Of a stretch of DNA of 64,000 nucleotides, positions 9,345 to 20,891 are shown piece after piece. Under the pieces are notes generated by a model that saw only the letters and a program-made list of their open reading frames with translations, ran no database searches and was not told the DNA's origin. The position numbers and the translations under genes were made by a program. Every line of letters starts with the position of its first letter. The stretch's first letter is position 1. Source of the stretch: an uncultured Bacteroidia bacterium (GTDB lineage: Bacteria > Bacteroidota > Bacteroidia > NS11-12g > UBA955); NCBI GenBank assembly GCA_943789135.1, contig CALSSY010000018.1, forward strand, positions 15,908-79,907, written 5' to 3'.

Positions 9345-12300
9345 ATGATGAAGAGATTATTACTTGTCGTTTGTGTCTTTTTCGCGGGTTTTTCCGCATT
9401 GAATGCACAAAGAAGTTCCATGTCTGTTAGCGGAGTTTTGATGCCTCAATATATGGCTTCAGGTTCTTCAAGCAGTGAATTAATCACCTATACCAGGTTG
9501 AGGTTAGGGCCTTTTAACCCGAACTCTTCCTATAAATATATAGCACGCTGTTTTGAAGCAAGCGAATTGGATACCAGCGTTTTACTTGGTGGCCATGGTG
9601 GTGTGGTATATAACGATAATGGCACACATCGCTATGTGACGTCACACTCGTTTTCTAGCAGTGGAGGTCATGATACCTTAAACACAGATTTCATGGGTTT
9701 CACAGAAATTTGGATTGGTTTTGTAGGCGATGGAAGCACTTTCTTTTCTGATGGAAAAGCGGTTTATGCCGGAATTACCATGATTGGAATGGCGGGTAAT
9801 GACACAACTTATCATTACGCCATGGATTCTCTAACGGTTATTTCGTTTGGAACAGGTTCAGGTTCCGATGAAGGAACCGCACTATATGGTGAATCTTACG
9901 CGAATGAAACGGATTATATATCCTTGTATGATGATAAAGACGCTGTTGGAAGACCTTTGGCGGTAACTACTATTGAAAGTGGTAAATATTCAGGTGCTAC
10001 CTTGTCAAACCTTGCTTCGTTTTATAACAGTAATGTTTTCAAGAAGTCTAAAATGTGGGGAACCATAATTCCTAATGATTTAGCAAATGGAGTACGGGCA
10101 ATAACACGTTGGACTGCAGCGGGATTGACCCAATACAATCAGCAGGATGCAGACGGTGTATGGGGTAAGAGTACAGATACTCGTAACCCTAGCGGAGGAA
10201 CAACGGCAATTGTAATAAGCAAATCAGATGCCCCTTTAATTGCACCTGAAATTTCATTCGAAAGCACAGCGGGATATTTCAGTGAAAAAGAGTCTGAAGG
10301 CTATGTGGTAATTCAAAGAAAGTACAGCAATGAAATGGCTCAAACGGTTGAAGTGAGTATTTCAGGAGGTAGTGCTACGGATAATGCAGACTACACACAA
10401 AACTTCAGTAAAACAATTTCTTTCCCTGCGGGTGCTGATGCAACGGATACCATTAAAGTAGATCTCCTACAAGATGAGATTGCTGAAGGTACCGAGAATA
10501 TTTTCTTCCGTTTGGCTAACCCCCAGAACGCGAATCTAGGTACGAATAAAACACATGAGTTGGTTCTCGTTGATGACGATCAATTGAGTATTTCAATGGC
10601 AAGTGCTGAACTCAAAGTCAATGAGAATGCAGGGACTTTGAGTATTGAAGTGAAAACAGATAGAGGTGTGAAAGACCCTGTAGAACTTACTCTTTTGATT
10701 AAATCTCGTTCAGACAGCACACGTGTGCCACAAGAGTTTGCCTTGGGTAAAGTCAATACTAACGATACAAGCTTCAGCATCGGTAAAAGTACCGGTCGCG
10801 ATTCAATTAAATTAACCGCTTTCATAGGGGATGATTTGGCCTATGATTGGGACGATAGTGTTGTTGTGGTAATCCGTAAAAAGAGTGGCCTAGGTACTAT
10901 CAAAGACAGTACTACTTTGGTTATTATAAAAGATAATGATGGACCTTCTACAATTAGAATGGTTCAACCATCTATAGTTGTTTCCGAATCAGTTGGCAGC
11001 GTTGCTGTTAAAATTTTAGTGGTTGAGAAAAAAGATGCAGGTGCAGATTTTGCATTGCGTTTTCAAACTGCTGAAAGCACCGCTAAAGCGGGATTGGACT
11101 TGACGTTTAATCCAGTTTCTCAAATTAAGAGTATTGATGGAAACTCACCGGATACGATTGTTTTCAATGTGCCTATTCGTGAAGATGATGATTACGAAGG
11201 AACTGAATATGCAAAATTTGGTCTTATCAATGTTTCCAACACAACTATCGTGAAGCCAGATACGTTCAGAATTACAATCTTGGATAATGACTTACCTATT
11301 TACCCCATTTCGACTATTAACAAGCAAACCAAAGCCGATGGTCAAGTAGACTCATTAGGCGTTGCTTGTAGAATCCAAGGTGTGGTTTATGGTATTAATA
11401 CTAGGGCTTCTGGATTAGGCTTTACCGTTAAAGACTACACCGGAGGTATTGGTGTATTCTCTTCTTCCAAAACATTTGGCTATAATGTTAAAGAGGGTGA
11501 TTCTGTAATGATTCAAGGTACGATTGGTCAATTCCAAGGTACAGCGCAAATTGGCAATTTAGATACCATTATACGTCGTTTGTCTGGGTTGCAACTTCAA
11601 AATCCAACAATTGTAACGGCAATCACAGAGAAAACAGAATCTGACTTGGTTGAACTTCGTCGCGTTAAATTGGTTGATCCTTTTGAATGGCCTGAAAGTC
11701 CTTTGAATGCTAATGCTTGGGCCTATGTTCGTGTTGAAGGTTCTACAGGTCGCATTGATACCTTATATATCGACGCTGAGTCTGATATTGATGGAACTAC
11801 GGCTCCAAAAGGCTATTTAAATATTGCGGGTATTGGAGTTCAATTTGATAATAAAGCACCTTACAAGGAGAAATATTTCTTATCGCCGAGAAGTTTAAAC
11901 GATTTCACAGCAGCATCTTTACCGGTGATTCGATTTGAGCAAACAACTTCCGAAATCACCGAATTAGCCGATTCTTTGGTTATGAATTTGCGCGTTGCAC
12001 CAACTGACGAGAACTTTAAAGTGGATGTAGTTCAAGTTGGAGGTACCGCAGTTTCACCTGGTGATTTTGACTATCAGACTAGAACGGTTAATGTCATTAA
12101 GAATCAGAATTTCTTTGTAGTGAAAGCCAATATTTCAGACGATACAGAAGGCGACGGAACCAAAACTTTGATTTTCGCACTTAGAAATGTTGTAGGTCCA
12201 GGAAGCATTGGAGCCGATAGCGTTTTGAATGTTACTATTTTGGATAACGAAGCGAGTCGGGTTCAAACATTTGCTGATGCTTCTATTCAGTTATATCCGA

Positions 12301-12515
12301 ACCCTAGTTCTGGTATTTTCTATATCCGTGATTTGAAATCACAAATAGCAAAAGTCCAAGTTCGTAGTTTATCTGGAGCTATTATTTGGAGTGCTACAGA
12401 GTTTGAGAACGCTGTTTCTATTCCGGTTCGTTTGAATGCCGATGCTGGAATGTATTTCATAGAAGTGGAAACACGTTCTGGTGATTTATATACCGAGAAA
12501 GCTATTGTAAAATAA
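9345..12515 (+). CDS. Large T9SS-secreted protein with multiple Calx-beta-like repeats
   Basis: 1056 aa with a signal peptide. At least four repeats end in D/E-rich EGTE-type motifs (DEIAEGTENIFF, DDDYEGTEYAKF, DDTEGDGTKTLIF). The C-terminal about 80 aa is a Por secretion tail (LYPNPSSGIFYI…). Confidence 0.8.
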   Translation: MMKRLLLVVCVFFAGFSALNAQRSSMSVSGVLMPQYMASGSSSSELITYTRLRLGPFNPNSSYKYIARCFEASELDTSVLLGGHGGVVYNDNGTHRYVTSHSFSSSGGHDTLNTDFMGFTEIWIGFVGDGSTFFSDGKAVYAGITMIGMAGNDTTYHYAMDSLTVISFGTGSGSDEGTALYGESYANETDYISLYDDKDAVGRPLAVTTIESGKYSGATLSNLASFYNSNVFKKSKMWGTIIPNDLANGVRAITRWTAAGLTQYNQQDADGVWGKSTDTRNPSGGTTAIVISKSDAPLIAPEISFESTAGYFSEKESEGYVVIQRKYSNEMAQTVEVSISGGSATDNADYTQNFSKTISFPAGADATDTIKVDLLQDEIAEGTENIFFRLANPQNANLGTNKTHELVLVDDDQLSISMASAELKVNENAGTLSIEVKTDRGVKDPVELTLLIKSRSDSTRVPQEFALGKVNTNDTSFSIGKSTGRDSIKLTAFIGDDLAYDWDDSVVVVIRKKSGLGTIKDSTTLVIIKDNDGPSTIRMVQPSIVVSESVGSVAVKILVVEKKDAGADFALRFQTAESTAKAGLDLTFNPVSQIKSIDGNSPDTIVFNVPIREDDDYEGTEYAKFGLINVSNTTIVKPDTFRITILDNDLPIYPISTINKQTKADGQVDSLGVACRIQGVVYGINTRASGLGFTVKDYTGGIGVFSSSKTFGYNVKEGDSVMIQGTIGQFQGTAQIGNLDTIIRRLSGLQLQNPTIVTAITEKTESDLVELRRVKLVDPFEWPESPLNANAWAYVRVEGSTGRIDTLYIDAESDIDGTTAPKGYLNIAGIGVQFDNKAPYKEKYFLSPRSLNDFTAASLPVIRFEQTTSEITELADSLVMNLRVAPTDENFKVDVVQVGGTAVSPGDFDYQTRTVNVIKNQNFFVVKANISDDTEGDGTKTLIFALRNVVGPGSIGADSVLNVTILDNEASRVQTFADASIQLYPNPSSGIFYIRDLKSQIAKVQVRSLSGAIIWSATEFENAVSIPVRLNADAGMYFIEVETRSGDLYTEKAIVK

Positions 12516-12534
12516 GATTATACAATCAAATAGT

Positions 12535-12570
12535 TGAAGAAAGAGGCGGCTAAGGTCGCCTCTTTCTTTA
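12535..12570 (+). terminator. Rho-independent terminator
   Basis: GAAGAAAGAGGCG-GCTAAGGT-CGCCTCTTTCTTT, a 13 bp stem followed by T-rich sequence, 20 nt after the stop. Confidence 0.65.
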
Positions 12571-12603
12571 TTATGGAAGGTTATTGCTTAAATTTGTTCG
12601 GTC

Positions 12604-14430
12604 TTGAAAGCAGTTTTAAAATTTCTCCGGTACGCAGCAGATCATAAATCTTTGATTGTAGGGAATTTCATCTTTAATTTTTTCTACATCGTTTTCAACT
12701 TGATTTCCCTGTTGTTGATCATGCCGGTATTGAAAATACTCTTTGGGAAAACCGAGGAAGCACCTTCCATTACTGAAAAATCAGTAGGTGTAGGAGAGTG
12801 GTTCGCCTCTTTTTACGGCGATTTTATTGAGTGGTTTAGACAATTAGCGGCAGGAGAACCTTTTCAAGCGTTGGCTTATCTCAGTATCGGTTTGGTAATA
12901 GTAACGGTTTTGAAGAATGTATCGAGATTCTTGGCTATGAATTTCATGGTTCTAATTCGAAACAAAAGCATCAGAACCATGAGACTGGATATTTACCAAA
13001 AGTGTTTGGACCTTCCTATTGCCTTCTTCAATAATGAAAGAAAAGGCGATTTGATATCTCGCATGAGTAACGATATAAAGGAAATCGAATTTGCTTTGAT
13101 GGTTTCCTTGGAAGCACTTTATTTTCAACCCCTAAACATATTGATTTTTATGATTGCTTTGGTGGTTTTATCCGCCAAACTGACTTTATACATATTGTTG
13201 TTTTTACCGATAACGGCATTGATTATTGGGGTGATAGGGCGTTCCCTAAGAAAGAAAAGTACAAAGAACCAAGCTTTAATGGGTAAAGTAATGAGCTCAT
13301 TTGAGGAAACCTTAGGAGGTATTCGTATCATAAAAGCATTCAACGCGTCAAAATTCTTTTTCAAACGGTATAGCGATCAAGATCAGGAATACACAAGAAA
13401 TAATATTTCGGTACAACGACGTTATGACTTATCATCTCCGGTAAGTGAAACAGTGGGTATTTCGGTATCGGCATTGTTGCTTTGGCTTGGTGGAGGAATG
13501 GTGTTTCGTAAAGAATTAGACCCAGAGTTTTTCTTGGGATATTTTGCCATTTTCAGTCAGTTGATACCGCCATTTAAAGCATTTTCTAATGCACTTTATG
13601 CTGCGCAAAAGGGAATGGCAAGTTTGGAGCGAATTCAGGAACTTGTAACCGCTCCTGTAGTTGTGGCGGATCCTGTTTCCCCCAAAAGTCCATCTTTTAC
13701 TACTGCACTTTCCTTCAATAATGTGGGATTTTCCTATTTAGATGGCCATTCGGTATTGAAGAACATCAACTTAGAAATCAAAAAGGGTGAAACCATAGCT
13801 CTTGTAGGGCCTTCTGGAGCGGGTAAAACGACGTTAACGGATTTAGTGGCACGATTCTATGATGTAAGTGAAGGGTCTATCTGTTTGGATGGAGTTGATC
13901 TTCGCGAGTTCAACCAAGAAAACCTAAGACAGTTAATTGGTATCGTAAGCCAAGAAAGTATCCTTTTCAACGATAGTATTAAGAATAACGTGGCTTTGGG
14001 TCGACCCGAACTCACACAAGAACAAATTGAAGAAGCAGCAAAGGCTGCTTTTGCCCATGATTTCATTTTAGCTCAAGAAAAAGGTTATGACACAGAAATT
14101 GGTGAACGCGGTGGTAAGTTGTCCGGTGGCCAGAAGCAAAGATTGTCCATAGCCCGTGCCTTATTAAAAGATCCCGAAATTTTAATTCTTGACGAGGCTA
14201 CCTCAGCCTTAGATAGCCAAAGCGAGAAAGCAGTTCAGAAGGCCTTAGAAACACTAATGGAGAATAGAACGAGTATCGTTATTGCCCATCGTTTAAGTAC
14301 GGTGATGCACGCAGATAAAATTGTTGTACTGGACAAAGGAGAAATTGTGGAGATTGGCACGCATCAAGAGTTGATTGCCAATAAAAAGTTGTACTACAGC
14401 CTGATTCAACTGCAGGAATTACACGCTTAA
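12604..14430 (+). CDS. ABC exporter, fused permease/ATPase (MsbA-like), second copy
   Basis: 608 aa. Walker A GPSGAGKTT, signature LSGGQKQRLSIARA, Walker B LILDEATSALD. TTG start; a TAAATTTG box lies at 12589-12596. Confidence 0.9.
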   Translation: MKAVLKFLRYAADHKSLIVGNFIFNFFYIVFNLISLLLIMPVLKILFGKTEEAPSITEKSVGVGEWFASFYGDFIEWFRQLAAGEPFQALAYLSIGLVIVTVLKNVSRFLAMNFMVLIRNKSIRTMRLDIYQKCLDLPIAFFNNERKGDLISRMSNDIKEIEFALMVSLEALYFQPLNILIFMIALVVLSAKLTLYILLFLPITALIIGVIGRSLRKKSTKNQALMGKVMSSFEETLGGIRIIKAFNASKFFFKRYSDQDQEYTRNNISVQRRYDLSSPVSETVGISVSALLLWLGGGMVFRKELDPEFFLGYFAIFSQLIPPFKAFSNALYAAQKGMASLERIQELVTAPVVVADPVSPKSPSFTTALSFNNVGFSYLDGHSVLKNINLEIKKGETIALVGPSGAGKTTLTDLVARFYDVSEGSICLDGVDLREFNQENLRQLIGIVSQESILFNDSIKNNVALGRPELTQEQIEEAAKAAFAHDFILAQEKGYDTEIGERGGKLSGGQKQRLSIARALLKDPEILILDEATSALDSQSEKAVQKALETLMENRTSIVIAHRLSTVMHADKIVVLDKGEIVEIGTHQELIANKKLYYSLIQLQELHA

Positions 14431-14537
14431 AGGTGTGATTTACATGAGGAAGTGAAATATGTATTTAAAGCGAATTGATTATAACATCCGTTAGCTCGTA
14501 TAGAGGTGTTTATTGAATTTAGAATGAATGTTAAATG

Positions 14538-14570
14538 AAAAAGGGCTATCATTTCTGACAGCCCTTTTTC
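14538..14570. terminator. Bidirectional terminator between the ABC exporter (+) and ftsH (-)
   Basis: AAAAAGGGCTATC-ATTTCT-GACAGCCCTTTTT, a hairpin flanked by an A-run and a T-run. Confidence 0.6.
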
Positions 14571-14617
14571 TATATACTTGAATTTAATTAAGCCCATCCG
14601 AATTGGGCGGATGGGGT

Positions 14618-16741
14618 CTATTTGAAATCTGAATCGCTTACCTCGTGATTGTTATCAGGAGTGTCTGTGGTTTCAATATTCTCAGTGGTTTCTTCCGTAA
14701 CTGTTTCTGTTGATACTTCATCTGCGGTATCTGCTTCGGCATCCTCTTGAGGCGCATTCAGCTTATTACGGCTCTGATTCATCTCGGAAACTTGTTGCGA
14801 AACTTCGTCTTCTAAATAGGGACGTGCTCCGATAATACGTTCAATATCAGATTTGAAAATGATTTCTTTGGTTAGAAGTTCCATAGCAATGGCTTCTACT
14901 TCTTTCTTTTTATCGGTAAGCAAATCGATGGTGCGTTGATATGCTTCATCAATCATACTGCGTACTTCTTCGTCGATCAATTCGGCTGTTTTTTCCGAAT
15001 AGGGTCTTTGATAACCATATTCACCTGTTGGATCGTTGAAGCTAACTTGACCTACCTTTTTACTCATTCCGTAATGAGTGATCATGCCATAAGCCAATTT
15101 GGTAATACGTTCTAAGTCGTTTTGAGCACCTGTAGAAACCTTTTCAAAGAATATTTGCTCCGCCGCTCTACCACCTAGGGTCATACACATGCTATCGAGC
15201 AATTGCTCGGTACGGTATAAATATTGTTCTTTTGGAAGATACTGTGCGTATCCAAGCGCAGCAACACCACGAGGTACAATTGATACTTTTAGCAAAGGAT
15301 CTGCAAATTCTAAGAACCAACCCGCTACAGCGTGACCTGCTTCGTGATAGGCAACAATTTTCTTTTCCTCGGGTGAGATGATTTTATTTTTCTTTTCTAA
15401 ACCTCCAATAACACGGTCAATGGCATCTTGAAAATCGGCCATTTCAACCAGTTCTTTGTTTCTACGGGCAGCAATTAAAGCAGCTTCGTTACATACGTTT
15501 GCAATTTCCGCTCCAGCAAACCCAGGGGTTTGTAGTGCCAATTTATGTGCATCCACATCCGTCCCTAATTTGGTTAAGGGTCTTAAATGCACGCTGAAAA
15601 TTTGCTCACGACCTACGATATCGGGGCGATCTACACTAATTTGTCTGTCGAATCTTCCTGGACGCATCAATGCGCTATCCAATATATCTGCACGGTTAGT
15701 AGCTGCTAAAATAATAACGCCGCTATCCGTACCGAATCCATCCATTTCCGCTAAAAGCTGATTCAGGGTATTTTCACGTTCGTCGTTAGAGCTTTGCACT
15801 AAGTTTTTACCACGTGCACGACCAATGGCGTCAATTTCATCTATAAAGATAATGGCTGGGGCTTTTTCTTTAGCTTGTTTAAAAAGGTCGCGAACACGAC
15901 TTGCTCCAACACCCACAAACATTTCAACGAAATCAGATCCAGATAAAGAAAAGAAGGGTACTCCAGCTTCACCAGCAACGGCTTTTGCCAATAATGTTTT
16001 ACCTGTGCCTGGAGGGCCGACTAACAAGGCACCTTTAGGTATTTTACCACCTAAATTGGTGTATTTCTTGGGATTTTTTAGGAAATCAACGATTTCCATT
16101 ACCTCTTCTTTTGCCTCTTCAAGTCCGGCAACGTCTTTGAACGAAACGTTTACTTTGGTATCCTTATCAAAGACTTGAGCTCGCGCACGTCCTATTGAAA
16201 AGATATTTGGGCCTCCGGAACTTCCTCCGCCACCACCCATGCGTTTGAACATGAGATTCCAAAAAATTAGGAATATGGCAATAAAGAAAATCCATTGAAA
16301 TAACTGTCCGAAGATATCGCTATGGCTCTCGTATTTAATTACAAGTTGATTGGGATTTTGAACTTCTTTTTTTAGGTCTTGTACCTCCGCATTGAAATAA
16401 CCCTTTTCAATCTCGAAGCTAAAATTAGGTTCGGTTTGACCGAACATATCTTGTTTGCGCTTATTTTTCGAGTATTCCTTTTTCCCTGCAGCGTCGTTGG
16501 TTAAATAAACTTCCAAATAACGGTCATTGATTAGTTTAAGTTCCTTAACATCGCCTTTTACAATCATGTCTCGAACCTCATTCCAATTTGTGCTCTGACC
16601 AGCGCTTCTTGGTAAGAAATTAAGTGCTAAAAAGACGATAAATAAGATGCCATATATCCAATAGTGGTTAAATTTAAAGCCATTACCTGGTTTGAAACCA
16701 CCGGGCTTTTTTTCGTTAGGGTTTTTAGGAGTTGGATTCAT
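14618..16741 (-). CDS. ftsH: ATP-dependent zinc metalloprotease FtsH
   Basis: 707 aa. AAA Walker [19 protein letters not shown] and the zinc motif HEAGHA. Acidic C-terminal tail. Confidence 0.95.
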   Translation of the reverse strand: MNPTPKNPNEKKPGGFKPGNGFKFNHYWIYGILFIVFLALNFLPRSAGQSTNWNEVRDMIVKGDVKELKLINDRYLEVYLTNDAAGKKEYSKNKRKQDMFGQTEPNFSFEIEKGYFNAEVQDLKKEVQNPNQLVIKYESHSDIFGQLFQWIFFIAIFLIFWNLMFKRMGGGGGSSGGPNIFSIGRARAQVFDKDTKVNVSFKDVAGLEEAKEEVMEIVDFLKNPKKYTNLGGKIPKGALLVGPPGTGKTLLAKAVAGEAGVPFFSLSGSDFVEMFVGVGASRVRDLFKQAKEKAPAIIFIDEIDAIGRARGKNLVQSSNDERENTLNQLLAEMDGFGTDSGVIILAATNRADILDSALMRPGRFDRQISVDRPDIVGREQIFSVHLRPLTKLGTDVDAHKLALQTPGFAGAEIANVCNEAALIAARRNKELVEMADFQDAIDRVIGGLEKKNKIISPEEKKIVAYHEAGHAVAGWFLEFADPLLKVSIVPRGVAALGYAQYLPKEQYLYRTEQLLDSMCMTLGGRAAEQIFFEKVSTGAQNDLERITKLAYGMITHYGMSKKVGQVSFNDPTGEYGYQRPYSEKTAELIDEEVRSMIDEAYQRTIDLLTDKKKEVEAIAMELLTKEIIFKSDIERIIGARPYLEDEVSQQVSEMNQSRNKLNAPQEDAEADTADEVSTETVTEETTENIETTDTPDNNHEVSDSDFK

Positions 16742-16777
16742 TCGTTAAATCAAAAATCTTCTTAAATCGAAGAATAA

Positions 16778-16785
16778 CAAAATTA
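16778..16785 (-). promoter_or_regulatory. -7 promoter box (TAATTTTG) upstream of ftsH
   Basis: TAnnTTTG match on the minus strand, about 37 nt upstream of the ftsH ATG. Confidence 0.3.
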
Positions 16786-16846
16786 GTGTATTCCGTTCAA
16801 ATCTGAAGTTCGCTTGCGATAGGAGATGTTAAATAATTGATAGACG

Positions 16847-18123
16847 TTATAATTGAAACGATTTAAGTATTTCACCCAAAGCGAATACGTCTTCGAAACG
16901 ATTATAAAGCGGTGTAGGAGCTAATCGTATAACATTAGGCTCTCTCCAATCTGCGATAACGCCGTTAGCAGTAATATGGTCAAATAATGCCTTTCCATTT
17001 TCCTTAACTAATATGGAAAGTTGAGCCCCTCTTTCTTCTGGATCTTTAGGAGTGATGATATCAAAAGCAATAGATGCATGATGGTTCTGAACATAATTCA
17101 GAACAAACTCTAGGTACGAGGTTAGAGATTTGGACTTTTCTCTCAGATTTTTCATGCCGGCTTTATGGAAAATTTCCAGAGACGCCTTATGTACAGCCAT
17201 TCCAAAGACTGGGGCATTTGACATTTGCCAACCGGCAGCGCCAGGTTCTGGAATAAAACCTCGTTTCATTCGGAACCTTTGGTCTTCTTTATGACCCCAC
17301 CAACCAGCAAATCGCGGTGTTTCTGGGTCGAGCCCGTGCTTTTCATGAATATATATTCCTGACACATTTCCGGGTCCAGAATTGAGGTATTTATAAGAGC
17401 ACCAAGCTGCAAAATCTACATGCCAATCGTGCAATTGTAGGTAAGCATTCCAGCGGCATGCGCTAAATCAAAACCGGCGATAGCGCCAACGCTGTGTGCT
17501 TTTTCAGTGATTTGTTTGATATTGAATAATTGACCCGTGTAGTATTGAACGCCACTGAAAAATACCAAAGCCAATTCGTCTTTGTGCTGCTCTATAGCAT
17601 CCAATATATCCGCATTTCTTAATGTGTGTTCACCATCTCTGGGCTTTAATTCAATTACCGCTTTGTCGTACTCAAAACCATGAAATTTTACTTGACTTTC
17701 TATCGCATACATATCCGAAGGGAAAGCCCCTGCTTCCATGATTATTTTATATCTTGAAGCTGTTGGACGGTAAAAAGAAACCATCAACAAGTGCAGATTT
17801 ACCGTTAACTGGTTCATTACAACAACCTCATGTTCTCTGGCACCCACAATTTCAGCACTGTGTTGGGTTAAAAATTTATGGTAATGAAACCAAGGATTTT
17901 TACCGTGAAAATGTCCTTCTACTCCATGTTTTGCCCAATCTTCTAACTCTGCATCCAAGGCTTGTTTTGCCGTTCTTGGTTGCAACCCTAATGAGTTACC
18001 GCAAAAGTATAATTGATCTTCTCCTACTGCATTTGTTGGGAAATGGAACCATTGACGAAATTCTTTTAATGTATCTTGTTCGTCAAGTTGATGTGCAAAA
18101 CTTCGAGAATATTGGAATGTCAT
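16847..18123 (-). pseudogene. kynU: Kynureninase, split by a single 1-nt frame break near 17448
   Basis: ORFs 17416..18135 and 16847..17434 together form a full kynureninase (LYFCGNSLGLQP…, DFAAWCSYKYLNSGPG). Coding GGAATG reads correctly as AAGNAYLQLHDWHVDF if it is GGAAATG. Confidence 0.85.
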
Positions 18124-18231
18124 AGAAAGACACAAATTTAGGTTTATTTTTGCGTTTAAGGACTACGATATACATGAATTAGGTCCTCTTCTTAAAGGTT
18201 ATCCTTTCATTTTTAGTAAATTACATGTATT

Positions 18232-18685
18232 GTGAAAATAGAACAAGAACTCAAACAGAATAAATTCCGATCAAACGTACATAAAGCACTGGTTAACGTG
18301 ATGTTTACCAATGCTTGGATTTCAGATCGTTTTCGATTTGTATTTAAAAATTTTAAACTAACCGCTCAACAATACAATGTGTTACGCATTTTGCGTGGTG
18401 GATATCCAGAGGCCATGAATCCCAACGAGATAAAAGCGGTCATGATAGATAAAAACCCCGATTTGACAAGATTATGCGATCGTTTGGTTGTATTGGGTTA
18501 TATAGATCGTTGTATTAACGATGAAAATAAACGGAAGATGAATATCCGTATAAATGATAAGGGTTTGGAAATTCTTAATGATATTGACCCTTTGATGAAT
18601 GCGGTTCAATCCGAAATTGCACGGTTTAACGGATTTAGAAGCGTCTCAGCTTAGCGATTTATTGGATAAACTTAGGAATTCTTAG
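18232..18685 (+). pseudogene. MarR-family transcriptional regulator with a 3'-terminal frame break
   Basis: Winged-HTH MarR-like sequence (LTAQQYNVLRILRG). The conserved C-terminus (…LTDLEASQLSDLLDKLRNS*) is in another frame from about 18612-18625 onward. Confidence 0.6.
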
Positions 18686-19335
18686 GCAATTTACTAACCC
18701 ATGTTAGCCCGTCGCGTATGGGTAACAATGTAGTAACTACCTGGGGGTGTGATGCGCATATTTATTAAATGCATGCATGGCTTGAGTGTCTTTATCGGTT
18801 TCACCCTGAATCACTTTCCCGCTCCAAAGGGTATTGTCAAATAACATCAGCCCTCTTTCGCTTAAACATTTCAAGTCCTGCATCGAAATAATTCTGATAA
18901 TTGTGTTTGTCGGCATCGATGAACATTAAGATCTATATCTTCTGAAAACTCTGGACATATCAGTTCGAGTGCGTTGCCCACGCGTCCAATCTACTTTCGA
19001 CTTCCCAATGCGTTATCCTTCCAAAACTCTCCTGACATTTATGTGCGATTTCGCCGTCGGCCTCAATGGTCGTGATTTCGGTTTCGGGCACGAGCATTTT
19101 CGGCCAGGCAGTAAGGTGGCGTAGCCCGTGAAGGTGCCAATCTCCAGAATTTTTTTCGGTTGAAGTGCGTATGTACCAAGTGGGATAAAAACCGACCTTG
19201 AAGGTGACCACTCAATTGTCGGGGGTTTACCGTTTTACGCCAAGTAAACTGTGTTAATTTTTGCAAAACTTCAGGTTCTGAAGAACTGTGATTTTCGCAA
19301 TATACATGAATTTGGTTCTGCCAATCTGGATGCAT
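18672..19335 (-). pseudogene. Class I SAM-dependent O-methyltransferase (caffeoyl-CoA OMT/YrrM-like), multiple frame breaks
   Basis: Fragments in three frames carry family blocks (SGHLQGRFLS, TTIEADGEIAHK, IFIDADKHNY, LLPIRDGLT). At least 3 frameshifts are needed to join them. Confidence 0.7.
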
Positions 19336-19412
19336 AACAATAGTTTCACAAAAGTGGACTTGTTTTATTGAAATAAAAACATATTTTCGCGAGAAATAAG
19401 GAGGAACTTTTT

Positions 19413-19635
19413 ATGTATTGGACTTTAGAATTAGTTAGTTATTTGGATGATGCCCCTTGGCCAGCAACCAAAGACGAGTTAATCGACTATGGAATTCGCT
19501 CAGGTGCTCCCTTAGAGGTTATCGAAAATCTTCAAGAACTTGAAGATGATGGAGAACCTTACGAGAGCTATCGAGGAAATCTGGTCTGATTATCCAACTG
19601 ACGACGATTACTTCTTTAACGAAGACGAATTGTAA
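19413..19635 (+). pseudogene. DUF2795-like small protein with one frame break (about 19569)
   Basis: MYWTLELVSYLDDAPWPATKDELIDYGIRSGAPLEVIENLQEL… continues as …ESIEEIWSDYPTDDDYFFNEDEL* after removing one T in AGCTATC. It is below the ORF-track length cutoff. Confidence 0.55.
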
Positions 19636-19663
19636 GCATATTTTTAAGGAATCTCATACTTAA

Positions 19664-20859
19664 TTATTGATATGAGGTTCCTTTGATATGCATGAGCTGT
19701 TCAACAACAATTTTGCGCAAAGCGTCGATGTTGTTCTTATGTGTAGCTGAAATAAAAACAGCTGGGGCATTCTCTTTGGCAATCCAACTTTGTTCAAACT
19801 GTTCCAAGTTCATACCTGTTTGGCCTACGAAAAAATCGTCTGAATCTCGGTAGGCATCGATTTTATTGAAAACAACAATTTCTGGTTTATGACCACAACC
19901 TATAGCGTAAAGGGTTTCTTTTACCGATAGCATTTGTGCTTCAAAGTTTGGATTGGAAATATCCACGACATGGATTAACAAATCTGCTTCAACGGCTTCG
20001 GATAATGTACTTTTGAAACTTTCTACCAATAAGGTGGGTAATTTTCGTATAAAACCTACGGTATCACTTAATAAAACCATTACAGGGGGTTTCATTTCGT
20101 CTGGATGCGGTAAAGCTACTTTTCTAACCGTTGCGTCGAGCGTTGCGAAAAGTTTGTTTTCGACCAATACTTCCGAATGGGAAAGCAGATTCATAACCGT
20201 GCTTTTACCTACGTTCGTATATCCAACCAATGCCGCACGATAGGCGCCTTTTCTGCTAGCCCTTTGCGTATATCCAATCTTTTCAATGTGTTTTAACTTA
20301 TCGTTTAACAAAGAAATTCGATTTCTAAGTGCACGACGGTCGGTTTCAATTTCGGTTTCACCGGGACCTTTCATTCCAATACCTCCTTTTTGCTTACTCA
20401 AGTGTGTCCATAAACCCGTCAATCTGGGTAACATGAATATACTCTGTGCCAATTCAACTTGGTTTTAGCTTGGGCAGTTCGGGCGTTTTTTGCAAAAATA
20501 TCTAGGATAAGATGTGTCCGAGACAGAACCTTGGTTCCGGGAAGGGCATTTTCAATATTTCGAATTTGTGCTGGACTTAGTTCATCGTCGAAAAGTGCAA
20601 CATCAATTTCTTGGGCTTTGCAATATTCCGCAATGTCCTCCATTTTACCTTTTCCTAAGTAGGTTTTAGGATTAGGATGGTCAAGACTTTGAATGAATCT
20701 TTTTTTAGGTTCCGCGCCTGAAGTGCGGGCCAATTGTTCCAATTCGTCGAGATATTCATCTATATGAATGGCTTGACCCTGAAGTTGAACACCGATTAAA
20801 ACGGCTTTTTCTATTTTTTTATGGGTGGAATGCAAAGTTTTTGTTTTCAAAATTACCAC
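19664..20859 (-). pseudogene. hflX: GTPase HflX, split by one frame break near 20451-20457
   Basis: ORFs 20419..20859 (N-terminal domain) and 19664..20452 (G domain: GYTNVGKST, DTVGFI) join as …AKTKL(x)LAQSIFMLPRLTGLWTHL with a 1-nt correction. Confidence 0.85.
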
Positions 20860-20891
20860 TTATTTGGCGTTATGAGTATGAAGTGTGAATT

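Noticed and set aside
15456-16178. Antisense ORFs inside ftsH (15456..15761, 15825..16178), and similar ones inside obg (47047..47442), iscS (39761..40156), kynU (17754..18125) and polA (26257..26589).
   Set aside because: Each lies entirely within and opposite to a strongly conserved gene. None has recognisable motifs or an independent promoter or terminator. They are typical shadow ORFs.
18960-19335. ORFs 18960..19211 and 19063..19335 as two independent overlapping genes.
   Set aside because: Both carry consecutive blocks of the same O-methyltransferase family. They are fragments of one frame-broken gene (18672-19335).
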